In this document: piece after piece, positions 1 through 11,838 of the stretch
How the letters are laid out: the number at the start of each line of letters is the position of its first letter
Position numbering within the stretch: the stretch's first letter is position 1
From: Eledone cirrhosa
Taxonomy: Eukaryota
Length of the DNA: 64,000 nucleotides
Direction: 5' to 3'
NCBI GenBank assembly: GCA_964016885.1
Contig: OZ024740.1
Coordinates: forward strand, 289,292,001 to 289,356,000
Notes under the pieces: model-generated
What the model was told of the DNA's origin: nothing
Seen by the model: the letters and a program-made list of their open reading frames with translations, nothing else
Databases searched by the model: none
Made by a program: the position numbers and the translations under genes

Positions 1-675
1 AAAACATTACACATAATAACAACAGTAGCATTTCAAGAATTATTAATAAAAGTCAATATTTTTTTTTTCACTCATTCAGTGTTTTTTTCTAAATTTAAAT
101 GATGCTTGAAATGTTTTTCCAGATTTATGGAGGCAAGTTGCAAATAACTCGTTTTTCTTATTAATTAAATTACCATAATTAGTAATTATTAATAGAGTTT
201 CCAAATTGTAAAGATTGCAGATTGGTGAGATGGAAGCGTTCCGATAGGATTCAGAGTTTCTAAGTTAAACCCAAGAAATTGAGTATTTTATATTTTTCTC
301 TTTTAAAGACCATATTAATTGTGATAATGAAGTAGAAAACTTTTTATCTGGATTAGAGAAAGAATGTTTATGATTGGAAAAGCGAAGTTTAAAGTTCGAT
401 GAAGTTGCACCTCTGTAGTTATAAATAATATTATTACTTGTTTTAATGGTACATTTATATACTAAATTTTTATCAAGGTAATTATTTTGTAAAGGGCATT
501 CAGATTTCATTCTACAGTTTCAGTTCAATTCAATGCTATTTCCATAACCCAAACTGTTCGTATTATCATTGTTAATATTTCTAGGTGTTCTACTGTATGT
601 GTTTAAATTATTGTTATTGTTATTCGCATTAACTACTGTATTATTATTATTATTATTATTATATTATTATTATTA

Positions 676-757
676 ATGCCCATTTGTACCGCCCTGTATT
701 GTCCTGTACTGTCCTTAATGTCTACTTTATGTAGACCCTTGTGGTTAATAAAGAAAG

Positions 758-759
<2 letters not shown>
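676..759 (+). mobile_element. 3'-terminal stub of a Tx1-clade LINE inserted in (ATT)n within the Penelope linker
   Basis: Ends CCCTTGTGGTTAATAAAGAAA, matching the ends of the Tx1 copies at 8313-8333 and 43788-43808. (ATT)n on both sides. Confidence 0.65.
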
Positions 760-812
<53 letters not shown>

Positions 813-1194
813 GTTATTATCGCTAATTATATGTTGGTTTGAATTAAGAATTTTGCTATTAATTTTTGCAATATTTTGAACAATATTCATAGTTGTTGAG
901 TAAGAAAGTTTAACTGTGTGTCTATTGAAGATAGAGTAAGCCCTATGTGATCTAGGGAAACATTTATCTAAGGCTTTAAAAAATAAATGTGCTAAAGGTG
1001 TTTTAATAGCTAAAGATGCTGGTGTGGCGTTCCAAATAATAGATCTAGTTCTAATATTTTTCCCCGATTTATACTCAAAATTGTAATTTTTATTTATATT
1101 TTTACAGTCAGTTTTATTTCTATTATTATTATTATGAATATTGTGTTTATAATTACTATTATTTTTCTTCTACATATTCAATATTATTTTTATA

Positions 1195-1369
1195 TTGGCA
1201 GTATCGGTAGAGGGTCGGACGCCATGCTTTCCAGCATAGTTACGTCCCTTAACGATCTGAGTTCAAATCCTGCCGAGGTTTACTTTGCCTTTCATCCTTA
1301 CGGGGTCGATAAAATAAAGTACCAGTAATGCACTGGGTATTTACTGGCATTGTGCCAAAAGTAGAAACA
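1195..1369 (+). mobile_element. SINE family A (tRNA-derived head, Meta-domain-like core), short subfamily
   Basis: A-box TGGCAGTATCGG, B-box GAGTTCAAATCC, core GGGGTCGATAAAATAAAGTACCAG. About 13-bp TSD ATTATTTTTATAT. More than 15 copies in the window. Confidence 0.9.
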
Positions 1370-1843
1370 ATTATTTTTATATCCTGCTTTATGTAACGCT
1401 TCATTATAGTATCCAGCTTTACTATTAAAAATGGATTTGTTAGCAGATAATCTAGTTATACGTTGTTGAACACTATTGACTATTGCATTTTTAACACTTT
1501 TAGGATGATTAGAATAAAAACTAACATAATTTAGGTTTTCATTGGGTTTATGGAAGGGGTAATATAGGCCTGAGTTTAAATTAAGGGTTAGGTCTAAGAA
1601 GTTAACTATTTTATTGTTATTTTCTACTTCTAATTTCAGGTCGTAATTTTTAAAGAATTCTATAATTACTTTCTTTACTCTATTTAATTCGCTATTATTA
1701 TGTTTAACTACAGTAAATAATATGTCATCTCTATATAAACCACCGGTAATCTCCGGCAGTTTTCTATTTATCATATTAAGGATGAAAATTCCCAGAAGAT
1801 CGGTAATTTGCGCGGAATCGGACAAACAAGATATATATATATA

Positions 1844-2455
1844 TCTTGGTTGTCCATCGTAAACGATGATGACATCTTTATTTTAGTTCCCGTCTACCGT
1901 GGGCACGAAGGTGGCTGTGTAGGCCGATCATCGCCGCAGGGCTGTTTTTAGTGCACTATAAAGAAGAAACCTGTGCGGGAAAGGTTTATAGTGGAAGGGC
2001 CAGTGCACAGTGACGGTCCCACTCACTTGGTCGCAACAGCCAGAATCCGGTGGTACAGAGGGCCGTTACGACCAGGGACTTCCTTGGCTGCAGTGGATGG
2101 CCACGACGTTTGTAGTGTCTTGCCGTGCCCTAGCGCTCCACACCGCTTGCTGTTGCCACCTTCGTGACCGTTGGGACGATGTTGTCCTCCTCCACTCACT
2201 CCGCTGGGTCCAGTCTTTGCATGCAGGGGCAGGCATCCCCTATTTAACTCACCGGGGGTTTCAGACCCATCCGGCTGCCCTCAACCTGGTTCGGGCCGCC
2301 AGCCAGGTCGGTTTACCAGGGTGTGGCCGCTCTCGCATGCTACAGCTTCTTGGGGCCACAGGTGAGAGCTGAGTGTCAGGTGAGACCCAATGCAGGTCGA
2401 GCTGTCCTGAAAAGGGCATGGCTAGACGCCCCTACATAGGTACATGCCCCTCCCT
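1844..2455 (-). mobile_element. Short non-autonomous RTE-clade element (5' UTR-like region joined to the 3' end)
   Basis: Minus strand near 1895-1930 encodes IGLHSHLRAH, the RTE C-terminal motif. Upstream part is GC-rich and non-coding, with no RT. Confidence 0.55.
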
Positions 2456-2530
2456 GACACCCCAGGCATATACACACGTATATACATACACATACATATG
2501 TACATGTGTATATACATATTTACACATTTT

Positions 2531-2932
<402 letters not shown>

Positions 2933-2949
2933 ATATGTATATATATATA

Positions 2950-2983
2950 TTCTGATGAAAGACTAGTGTCCGAAATGTAAAGA
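2950..2983 (+). ncRNA. Minimal type I hammerhead-like motif in a Penelope pseudo-LTR-type repeat (stem I truncated)
   Basis: CTGATGA-aa-GAC(tagt)GTC-c-GAAA-T-GTA^AAGA. Same family as 46304-46339. Confidence 0.6.
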
Positions 2984-3091
2984 CTCTTTTCCTACTATAT
3001 CAAACATTAAACTAATACATTTCTTCATTTCATTGTGTTGTTTGCTTCGTTGTTTCCGTTTCCTTTTTGTATATAAATATATAAATACATC

Positions 3092-3164
<73 letters not shown>

Positions 3165-3241
3165 TTTCGCCGCTGTAGGGGCGAAAATTTTATTTAAAAG
3201 TTTGTTTTAAAATATCAAATTTTACAAAGTAAAAAAAAAAC

Positions 3242-5113
3242 TTGAGCAACACTAGAACGCTGGAGAACGTTAACAGAGAAAAGAGAGAGAAAGAGGCAGA
3301 TATTAACGTTATATCTGCTTCTGCTGCTATGGACGTTGCCATATATACAACTGTCACAAAAGAAAATAATATATTAACATTTGAAAATTTTACAATTTCT
3401 ACCGCCGAAGCGGAGAAAAATGACAATAACACACAGGAAAACACGGCAAAAAAACCCATTGACATGCATACACATGAAAAAGACATCAACAACTCTACAG
3501 ATACATCTACACATAAAATTTCCAACAACGATAACATCATTATTAACAACAACATCACACAAAAAAAGAAAATGTCTTTTGCTGACACAGTGAACAAGAA
3601 ACAAGATTTTATAAATCTTGATATCTCCAACGCAAGAGATATGCTCCAGCAAGGGAGAAAATTTGTAACTTTCGAAGAAAGAGGTGGGTTTAGAATTAAC
3701 TCACCCCTTGAAATAAAGGAAGACACAAACCGCCGATCAGTCACTTTTAGGACTGCGTCAAATTCGTCAAGAAAACCGACATTTGTTAATCAGTCAGATA
3801 TAGAAGATTCTTTCAAGGAGATTCTAGGATTTTCTCCAGCGAGGAAGACAGTACGGAAGTGTTTCCGTACTGTTTAAAAGCGAGGCACTGGCCCCCAAAA
3901 ACTCTGTGACACCAATAGTGTCAAAAGCATACACCTTTTTCCCTACATACATGGGGAAAAGGACACAAAAAATAAAAATAAAAAACATACCTCCAAGCAT
4001 TAACATCTGGTAGATCTTGGCTGGCTTCGTAGAGCCAGAAACAGACATAATACTTTCGATACGAAAATCCATTCGACAAAGGTGGGCGGGTACTGATTTG
4101 GAGATTCTGTTGCAAATGAAACCGGAGAGAATCTCCAAAATACCCGAAAGAGTCGTTATTGATAATAACAACAAAATAAACATTTCGGTAGAAGGAAGAA
4201 AATTTCACTGCTTTCGCTGTGGTAGCACAGCTCACCTAAAAGCCTCTTGTCCACAAACACACAACAGCAACATCATAAAAAAAACGCTATTACCAACACC
4301 AACACCAAAACAACCACCACCACCACCACAAGTACAACGACAGACGAAACGAGCAACCACACCAAAACAAACAGACACTCAACCAACAACAACAGAAAAA
4401 ACAGAGACAACACCCCTGAAGAACACATCCCCACTCCATCCCACTCCATCAAACACTACCACAAACACACATACCGAAACACCACCACCACCACACAACA
4501 TACCCTTACCCCACACACCTGACGATGATTATTCATCGACGGATGAAGCTGCTTCTCCTTCTTTAAGTGAAGAAGAGGGAGAACCGCGGAAATCCAAAAA
4601 ACAAAAAAAGAGACACCACAAAACCTCCAAAACTCCAATCACCAACACCAACACACAACCACAGACACAAACAACAACACAAACAACACCACAGTCAAAC
4701 ACCCCCTATCAGCAAAACCAGCACCAACACCACCCCAAACACAAGCACCCACCATAAAAAGAAAACTCCCAGATGAACAACAAACTAAAACAATACAACA
4801 AAAACACAAACAACAATACGCATACATCAACACAAACAACAAGAGTTTGATGGAGGTCATCTCCCAAAACCCCAAGGTGGAGACGGAGGGCAAAACTTTC
4901 GTCAAGGCAGAATCGTCTCCACACCTTAAACTTATAAGGGTTTCTATGGAAACCTATAAAGACCTGAAAATTAAATTTTCACAGGACGTGGGCAACCCCT
5001 GCCACAAACCCATCAACCGCGTCCTGTTGAAAGGTTTCCCCACCCCACCCAACACCCCATCCAGCACCCAAATGGAGATTGAACAACCCGATCTCCAGGA
5101 AACGAAAAGGTAA
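3242..5113 (+). pseudogene. Tx1 ORF1 (CCHC zinc-knuckle nucleic-acid-binding protein), disrupted
   Basis: ORF pieces 3242..3877, 4017..4757 and 4847..5113 are colinear with the copy-2 ORF1. Confidence 0.85.
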
Positions 5114-5154
5114 GTGCACCTTTCGTCCTTTTTCTCCAACTTTTCTTCACCAAC

Positions 5155-8105
5155 ATGGCTGGTTTACGAGTTGGAACCGTGAATGTGCGTGGCCTAGGGA
5201 TGCCCTGGAAACAGGGCCAACTTTTAAACGACCTTAGGTCACACAGTATGGATGTGATAGCCATCACCGAGTCCAGAATCCACAACAGGCAGCAACTAAC
5301 CCCCATCTTCGACGACTTTGAGATCTACGCATCTCTCTGTCAGCCAGGAGGTGGAGGTGGAGTGGCTGTTATGTTTCGGAAGAACCTGGACGTCGGAGTA
5401 CAGCAAGTACACTTGGACCCGGAGGGTAGACTGGTAGTCCTAGACGTGAACAGTATCGGAGGTGGAGCCTTCAGACTGGTGGCCGTTTATGCCCCGACCG
5501 GGCAATCGCAATCACGGCCAGACTTCTTTAAGCGTCTAGAGTCTTTTCTGGGAACGTCTCGCTCCTTACTTTTAGTGGGGGACTGGAATGGTATCCTAGA
5601 TGCACGATGGGACTATGTGGGAGCATGTCCCAGTAGAGCGGGGTGCAACAGCCTCAAAACTTTAATCGGCCAATTCCAACTGGCCGATAGGTATCGACTG
5701 GATTTCCCGACTGCACCACAGTGGACGTGGGTAAACCGCAGTGGGACATCTAGATCGTATTTAGATAGGTTCTTCATTAGAGAAAGGGACAAGGATATGT
5801 TAAGCTGACCACGAATGCACATGGTTGCCTATTCAGATCACAAGTTAGTCGTCTGCTTAGTCAACCGTGATAGAATACATAGACAGGGTCCCGGATACTG
5901 GAAGCTGAACGTGTCGTTGCTGGCACGTAAAGCTTACAGTGAACGGATAAGTAGATAGTCAAGCAACAGTTAACGGGAGTTGGCGGCACTTTGCGCGACT
6001 GTTTGAGCAGAACGACGGTGAGCCGAACGGGGCAATGGATTTTAGTTCATACCTCGACGGCCTGCCGCGTCTCTCGAACACGGACGCCGAGTTCTGCGAA
6101 AGACCGATCACGGACACTGAGATACGGGACGCTCTGGGCCGCTGCGGGAAACGCAAGTCACCCGGTCTAGATGGTCTACCCTACGAGTTTTACATAGGCA
6201 TGCCGGACTTGTTCTCTGGCGTCCTCGAAGCCGTCTACTGCAATTGGCAGCAGAACGGGAGAATTCCCAGTTCTGCAGGCAAGGGCGTAGTAACGCTGAT
6301 CAGGAAAGACAAGAACAAGGGGGACGAAATTAACAACTTCAGGCCCACAACTCTGCTCAACACAGAGTTAAAGATTTTGGCCAAGGTGCTAGCGACGAGG
6401 TTGGCGCTTGTCGTCGAGAACCTGGTAGGGAAAGCGCAAACGTGTGCAATCCCGACCAGGTCCATACACGACAACCTCCACCTCATGCGATACATCATAG
6501 AGAGGGTGGGTAGTAAACCCGGCTTCGGTGGGGCTCTGATCAACTTGGATCAGTCTAAGGCATTCGATAGGGTCGACCATCGATACTTGGAAGTGGTTCT
6601 CAAGGCGGCCGGTTTCGGTCCCGTGTTCAGAGGATGGATCGACGCGATGCACACCAGCATCTGCTCGAGGGTCAAGGTGAACGGCTCCCTTATGGAGCCG
6701 TTCGCAATCACGCGTTCCATTCGACAGGGATGCCCTCTCTCCTCTATTCTGTATGTATTGACTCTAGAGCCACTACTGCGGAAATTAAAGCTGTTGCAGG
6801 GCATCCCTCTAGAACCGGGACTGCGCACAGCGGCATCGGCTGACGACGTCACGGTAATGGTGTAGAGCTCCTCGGAAATCGCGGTGATCGGCAATTTACT
6901 GAAAGAATACGAAACGCTGACGGGAGCAAAACTAAACCCGGACAAGTCTGTCGGTTTGCAACTTGGTACGTGGAGAGGCAAACCGATGACGTCCGACAGC
7001 CTCGTTGGACGTTGGACGGACGGACCGGTGAAATTGCTCGGGGTCTGGTTTGGTCCAGACCTCCAGGTAAAGAAAAACTGGAACGAGGTCACGGCCAAGT
7101 TGTTTGCACTCACCCAGAAGTGGGCAGAGTGCAAACTGTCCTTGAAAGGTCGAGCGGAGGTGGCGAACACTTTCATCGCGTCTGTCATCTACTACCGCTT
7201 GACTGTCTTGCCTTATCCCCGTGAACACCTCGCCTAGATGGAACGCATACTCTTTCAGTTTCTGTGGAAGAAGCAGGCTCCGCTGGTGAGGAAATCCGTC
7301 TGCTGTCAGCACCCTTCCAACGGAGGGCTGGGAATGCCGTGGCTGATGATGCGCAAACATGCGCTGAGGCTGCGGCATCTCCAGGTATTCCTCACCGACC
7401 TCCAACCGGTGTAGGCACCGTTTGTGAGACAGGCTTTCCCACAGCTCGTCTCGCTGACGGAGCTGCAGTCCTGGGTGAAGAAAAGACCGAAAATGATGGG
7501 CGCTTGGCACATTGAATGCGCTCAGGCGCTCACAGTCCTCTGGCAAGCGGGCGCAGCAATCAGTGGAGACTCCACTTCGACATTCTATAGAGGGATTGTA
7601 CGTTACCAGGGCGACGACGTGCTGGAGAGACTCTGGATGTCGAAGACGATGAGCTCACCAGACTGATGAGATCCCCGGCAGGGATCCTTCCAAGAGGACG
7701 TGTCCAAGATGCACGCAGGACATTGAAACAGTTCTGCACGCAATTGTACACTTCCCGGGCGTAACTGACCTGTGGAACTATGCAGAACAACTGCTGTCGC
7801 GTATGGGACAAATCCAGTTGACTGCCGAGTCCATAGTAAGGATCAAACCGCCAGCCTCTTTCAAAAACGAAAGAGAGGCGATTTTCCTCTGTACGGTGGC
7901 TATGGTGAAAGAAATTATATGGTGGACGAGGTTGAGAGGACTGATCACAGATGCCTTTCTCTCCGGACAACAATTGATTCCCTTCTTTAAGTATCACTTT
8001 AGAAGGAGAATCAGGGTGGAGAGAGAGGCACTGCACCCCAGTAAATTTACTGAAAGGTGGGTGAATGAAGCAAAGATGGCCTCTGTTTATAAGCCTGTAG
8101 GTTGA
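5155..8105 (+). pseudogene. Tx1 ORF2 (APE endonuclease plus reverse transcriptase), disrupted
   Basis: ORF pieces 5155..5808, 6035..6865, 6884..7237, 7424..7666 and 7803..8105 carry EN and RT motifs. Confidence 0.92.
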
Positions 8106-8721
8106 GGAAGAGAGCAAAAGGAAGAAAGGAGCACTTGCACAACACGCTCCTGGATTTGAGGGTTCTTCTATCGACGGGGTATTAAACAACCCATTTGTGG
8201 CGCTTCCCCCTATTGGGGATTTTGATTGTTGTAATTGTTTGTTTTTATATTTTTTACACGACTGTATGTAAAATCCCCGGCATGTCTTTGTATTGTCCCC
8301 TTTTCTTGTGCGCCCTTGTGGCACATAAAGAAATATATGTATCTATCTATCTATCTATCAATCCCTTCACCTATCTACCTATCTATTTATTTATCTATCT
8401 ATCTATCTATCTATTTTTCTATCTATCTATCTATATATTTATCATTCTATCTATTTACCTATCCATCCATCTTCTATCTATAACATGCACATATATATCT
8501 GTAGCTGTGAAGCCAAGTGACTTAAGGGCGTAAAGGTTCGTACTTGAAGCAATTATCAAATAGTAATAAAGTCTTCAAACACAAAACTTTATATGTTATG
8601 TTTGAGTGATATATGTAACTTCACAACAATAAATGTAAAGAAAAAATGTATGATTCTGTATGTATTGAGTTTTATTTCTCCATTTTGTATAATTTGACCG
8701 CTTTCTCCACTTTCTTTTTCC

Positions 8722-8828
<107 letters not shown>

Positions 8829-8903
8829 ATATATATATATATATAGATATATAGAAAGTGAAGAATAACATGGTCAACAGTACAAAAAAGGAGATTTATT
8901 TAC

Positions 8904-9006
8904 AGTCTAACAATTGTTTCCATGATAGAGTTGTCTAGAAATTGGTAAACACTGAAGACAGCATAACTCAATTTAAAATACATCCTCCATCATTTCATCA
9001 GAAACT
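8904..9006 (-). ncRNA. Type I hammerhead ribozyme with extended stem II
   Basis: Minus strand: AGTTT-CTGATGA-a-ATGATGGAG...CTCTATCAT-g-GAAAC-AATT-GTT^AGACT. Stem I 5 bp, stem II base 9 bp, palindromic stem III AACAATTGTT. Confidence 0.72.
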
Positions 9007-9055
9007 AATAAGAAATACAAAATACATGCGAAACGGTAAACTTATAAATTCAAAG

Positions 9056-9072
9056 TCAGGGGTCCTGACTCT

Positions 9073-9110
<38 letters not shown>

Positions 9111-9165
9111 AGAGTCAGGACCCCGACGGCTGAAGCTCCGGCCGTTTCGACAGCTAGATCGACAG

Positions 9166-9167
<2 letters not shown>
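9056..9167. repeat. Tail-to-tail inverted repeat across (TA)n. The longer arm carries the 3' half of a hammerhead.
   Basis: GGGGTCCTGACTCTTTTCA-(TA)n-TGAAAAGAGTCAGGACCCC. Minus strand GAAACGGC..GCCGTC^GGGG. Confidence 0.7.
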
Positions 9168-9229
<62 letters not shown>

Positions 9230-9534
9230 GTATAGAACATCTTACACAAAAATACATAATTACCGACGGGTAGATCCCGGTAAAATAATCTAAAATAAGA
9301 AAAACTTTACTTCACAAGCATTTCACCCTATATAATGTTTTTAAAATTAAAAGAAAATTCAGCGAAATAATATATGGAATGTATTTGTTTTGCAACTGAA
9401 GGGAAAATCAAACTAAACCAAACCAAACCAAACCAAACCAAACCAAACCAAACAGTGACTGTCTTTTGGCAATATTAGGACAATACGACCCTCCCGAAAT
9501 ATAACAATATATAGAATATTATTATTTATTCAAA

Positions 9535-9727
9535 AGGGTGGTGGATTGGCAATATCGGTAGAGGGTCGGATGCCATGCTTTGCAGCATATATCTACGTCC
9601 CTTTACGGTCTGAGTTTAAATCCCGCCGAGGTTAACTTTGCCTTTCATTCTTACGGGTTCGATAAAATAAAGTACCAGTAATGCACTGGGATAATTACTG
9701 GCCTTGTGCCAAAAATAGAAACAATTA
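9535..9727 (+). mobile_element. SINE family A
   Basis: Full head, core and tail match 1195-1369. ATT-rich flanks. Confidence 0.9.
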
Positions 9728-11163
9728 TCTATTCGAAGTTAAGTCGGTGATCATATTTTTCGGTCTTCATATCTGTCCGTGAAAGTACATCAAGAAGAAT
9801 TCTCACAGAACAATTTACGAAAGTTCTCAGTTAATGGAATATCAAATCTCGAGTGTAGGCCTTATGAATGAAGTTGGCTAGACAGAAACTGTTTGGAAGG
9901 TAGTCGGACGGACTGTAGCTGTAATTCAAAAGGCAAGCCTTGTCAAAATCTTTGTCTCTGAATAGTCCTGAGAATTACTATAGGGATAGATCTACATCTT
10001 TGTGGAATGCTCAACCACTTGTACGTTATGTATTGCATCAGGTTACACAACCGTTGTTACTGTTATTGTTTAGCTCCAGATCAACACTGACTGCGTTGAT
10101 CCATGATTTTTTTACTGTCTCATCTTTCTCTTTCAAACACAGTGTGTCTAGGACCACAGTATCCATTGCGATGTTTTATTTTTTTAAAGACGGTTTTATG
10201 AGGAACATTTAACTACTATTTTTAACTATTCAAACAAACACGTTTCCTCGTTTATCAACATATGGAAAGAATAACAATGTTTCCGCTTTTTTTACACCAT
10301 AGTTCACCAACAGTCTTGGTTCACTTTGTCATTGATTCTGAGCTCTGTTTCTAGATACAGAGTTCTTTTTTCCTCTCTATCTTCTTCCACCATTTTCTCT
10401 CTCTTTCTCCCTCTCTCCCTCTTCCCCCTCTATTTCTTTGTATGTACCTCTGTGCTTGCAATAATCTATAGAATATTAAATTCAATTTACACAATACACT
10501 ATTCCCGAGGAAGATGGATTCCTTTTTTTCTTCTTTTACGAATACATCAGTTTATTAATTAATGTAAATTACAAGTACACATTGAGCAGTATCTAAGAGA
10601 AACAAAGCACTACTAAAGGGGACAGAAAACAGAAGAAAAAAGAAACGAAAATGAAAAGGAGAAAAAGAAAAAGAAAAAGAAAAAGAAAAAGAAAAAGAAA
10701 AAGAAAAAGAAAAAGAAAAAAAGGATGAAGCAACGAAAGAAAGTGAGAGGGGCAAATAGAAGACCAAACAAACTGTTCGGTTTAACAGCACACACCACTA
10801 CCTGCTTTTTGTGTGCATTTAGTGGAGTTCATTCTAGTATAAACGAGATTCTTCTGTTCCTTTTCTGTTTTTCAGAAGTCTAGGAGGACTTGAAAAATGT
10901 CATGGGAATTGTTCTCTGTTTACTGAAAAACCTATAAAAATGCATGGTGGTAGTGGTGGTGGTGGTGGTGGTGGAGGTGTGTTTTCTATAAAACCAATGC
11001 TGTATATCCCCTTTGTGCTGTTGGACATTTCCTTCTTGACCAGTCGGCTGAAGAACACTAAGGTTTTATAAGGTTTTGTGATTGTTTCATCTTGATCTAT
11101 GGGACCAGCTGTGACTGTTCTCATTTTTGTCTCCTACATAGCGTATCTAGGACTACATTGTTT

Positions 11164-11247
11164 AATGTGTTCAGTATGCTGTAGTTTGTGGGACATTTGG
11201 TCCATAAGGACCAAATGTCCCACAAACTACAGCATACTGAACACATT
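11164..11247. repeat. Perfect hairpin, 40-bp arms, ATAA loop
   Basis: AATGTGTTCAG...TTTGGTCC / GGACCAAA...CTGAACACATT. Confidence 0.9.
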
Positions 11248-11379
11248 CAGACATTTTCAATGACAATGTCGGTGCAAGAATTGTTTAAAATCCATTGATA
11301 TATCACATTATTGTGGCCCTTTTTTATGTCTCGCAAGCATAATGACCAGCAGAATTTACAGAACTACCGGTGTCATCAC

Positions 11380-11700
11380 TAGATGTTGCTTTAGGATCAT
11401 ACTGAAGATTTGCTGGCGTGATTACATCACGAATGAAGACGTTATGAAAAGGCAGAAGATGCTTGGACACGTGCTACTCCTGTCCACATAGAGATCTGTG
11501 AGAGTTTCATTCGAATGGATGCTAGAAAGCGGGCGTAGGAGGTAAGGTAGACCCATTAAAACTTGGTTGACGTATATCCCCAAGCCAACTTCATATCTAC
11601 CAGGTCTTTCTGGAAGACATGGACTTGGTCTGGGAACAGGGTAGTGACCATACAGAATGGAAATTTCTCGTCGCCCAATGATCCACAGGAAGCAAAAAGA
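11380..11700 (+). mobile_element. Old RTE-clade LINE 3' fragment running into (GAA)n/(GAT)n
   Basis: Translates LKICWRDYITNEDV and G.RR.GRPIKTW, typical of the RTE C-terminal region. Confidence 0.5.
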
Positions 11701-11793
11701 AATTAAAAAGGAGGAAGAGAAGAAGAAGAAGAAGAAGAAGAAGAAGAAGAAGAAGAAGAAGAAGAAGAAGAAGAAGAAGAAGAAGAAGAAGAA

Positions 11794-11838
<45 letters not shown>

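Larger units (their letters stand above)
77..1825 (-). mobile_element. Penelope-like retroelement (Naiad-like), decayed 3' part: RT C-terminus, linker, GIY-YIG endonuclease
   Basis: ORF 1298..1825 has GLYRDD, VNFLDLTLNL and SNHP RT motifs. 890-1080 reads RTRSIIWN..FPRSH..IFNRHTVKLSYS. ORF 265..510 has CPL..VYKC..YRGATS..FKLRFSNHKHSF..STSLS..IW (GIY-YIG). After one TAA the frame continues CNLY..LINKKNE..CLH. Interrupted by a SINE and a Tx1 3' stub. Confidence 0.88.
3164..8333 (+). mobile_element. Tx1/L1-clade LINE copy 1, near full length, decayed
   Basis: ORF1 with zinc knuckle CFRCGSTAHLKASC. ORF2 APE endonuclease (VNVRG, ITES, YAPT, GDWN, LDRFF) and RT (KSPGLDG, DQSKAFDRV, RQGCPLS, ADD). 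Stops, frameshifts and a ~375-bp deletion at ~5980 versus copy 2. (TATC)n on both sides. Confidence 0.95.

Noticed and set aside
1-76. SECIS element after the Penelope stop (ATGA..A-run)
   Set aside because: Helix II is too short and there is no properly placed 3' GA. The window edge prevents a full check.
4690-4780. Possible programmed frameshift in Tx1 ORF1 (both copies stop at HKHPP)
   Set aside because: The two copies shift frame at different positions, so these are independent decay indels.
8500-8585. Hammerhead-like layout CTGTGA..GAAGCAATTATC
   Set aside because: Several core mismatches and no clear stem I or II.
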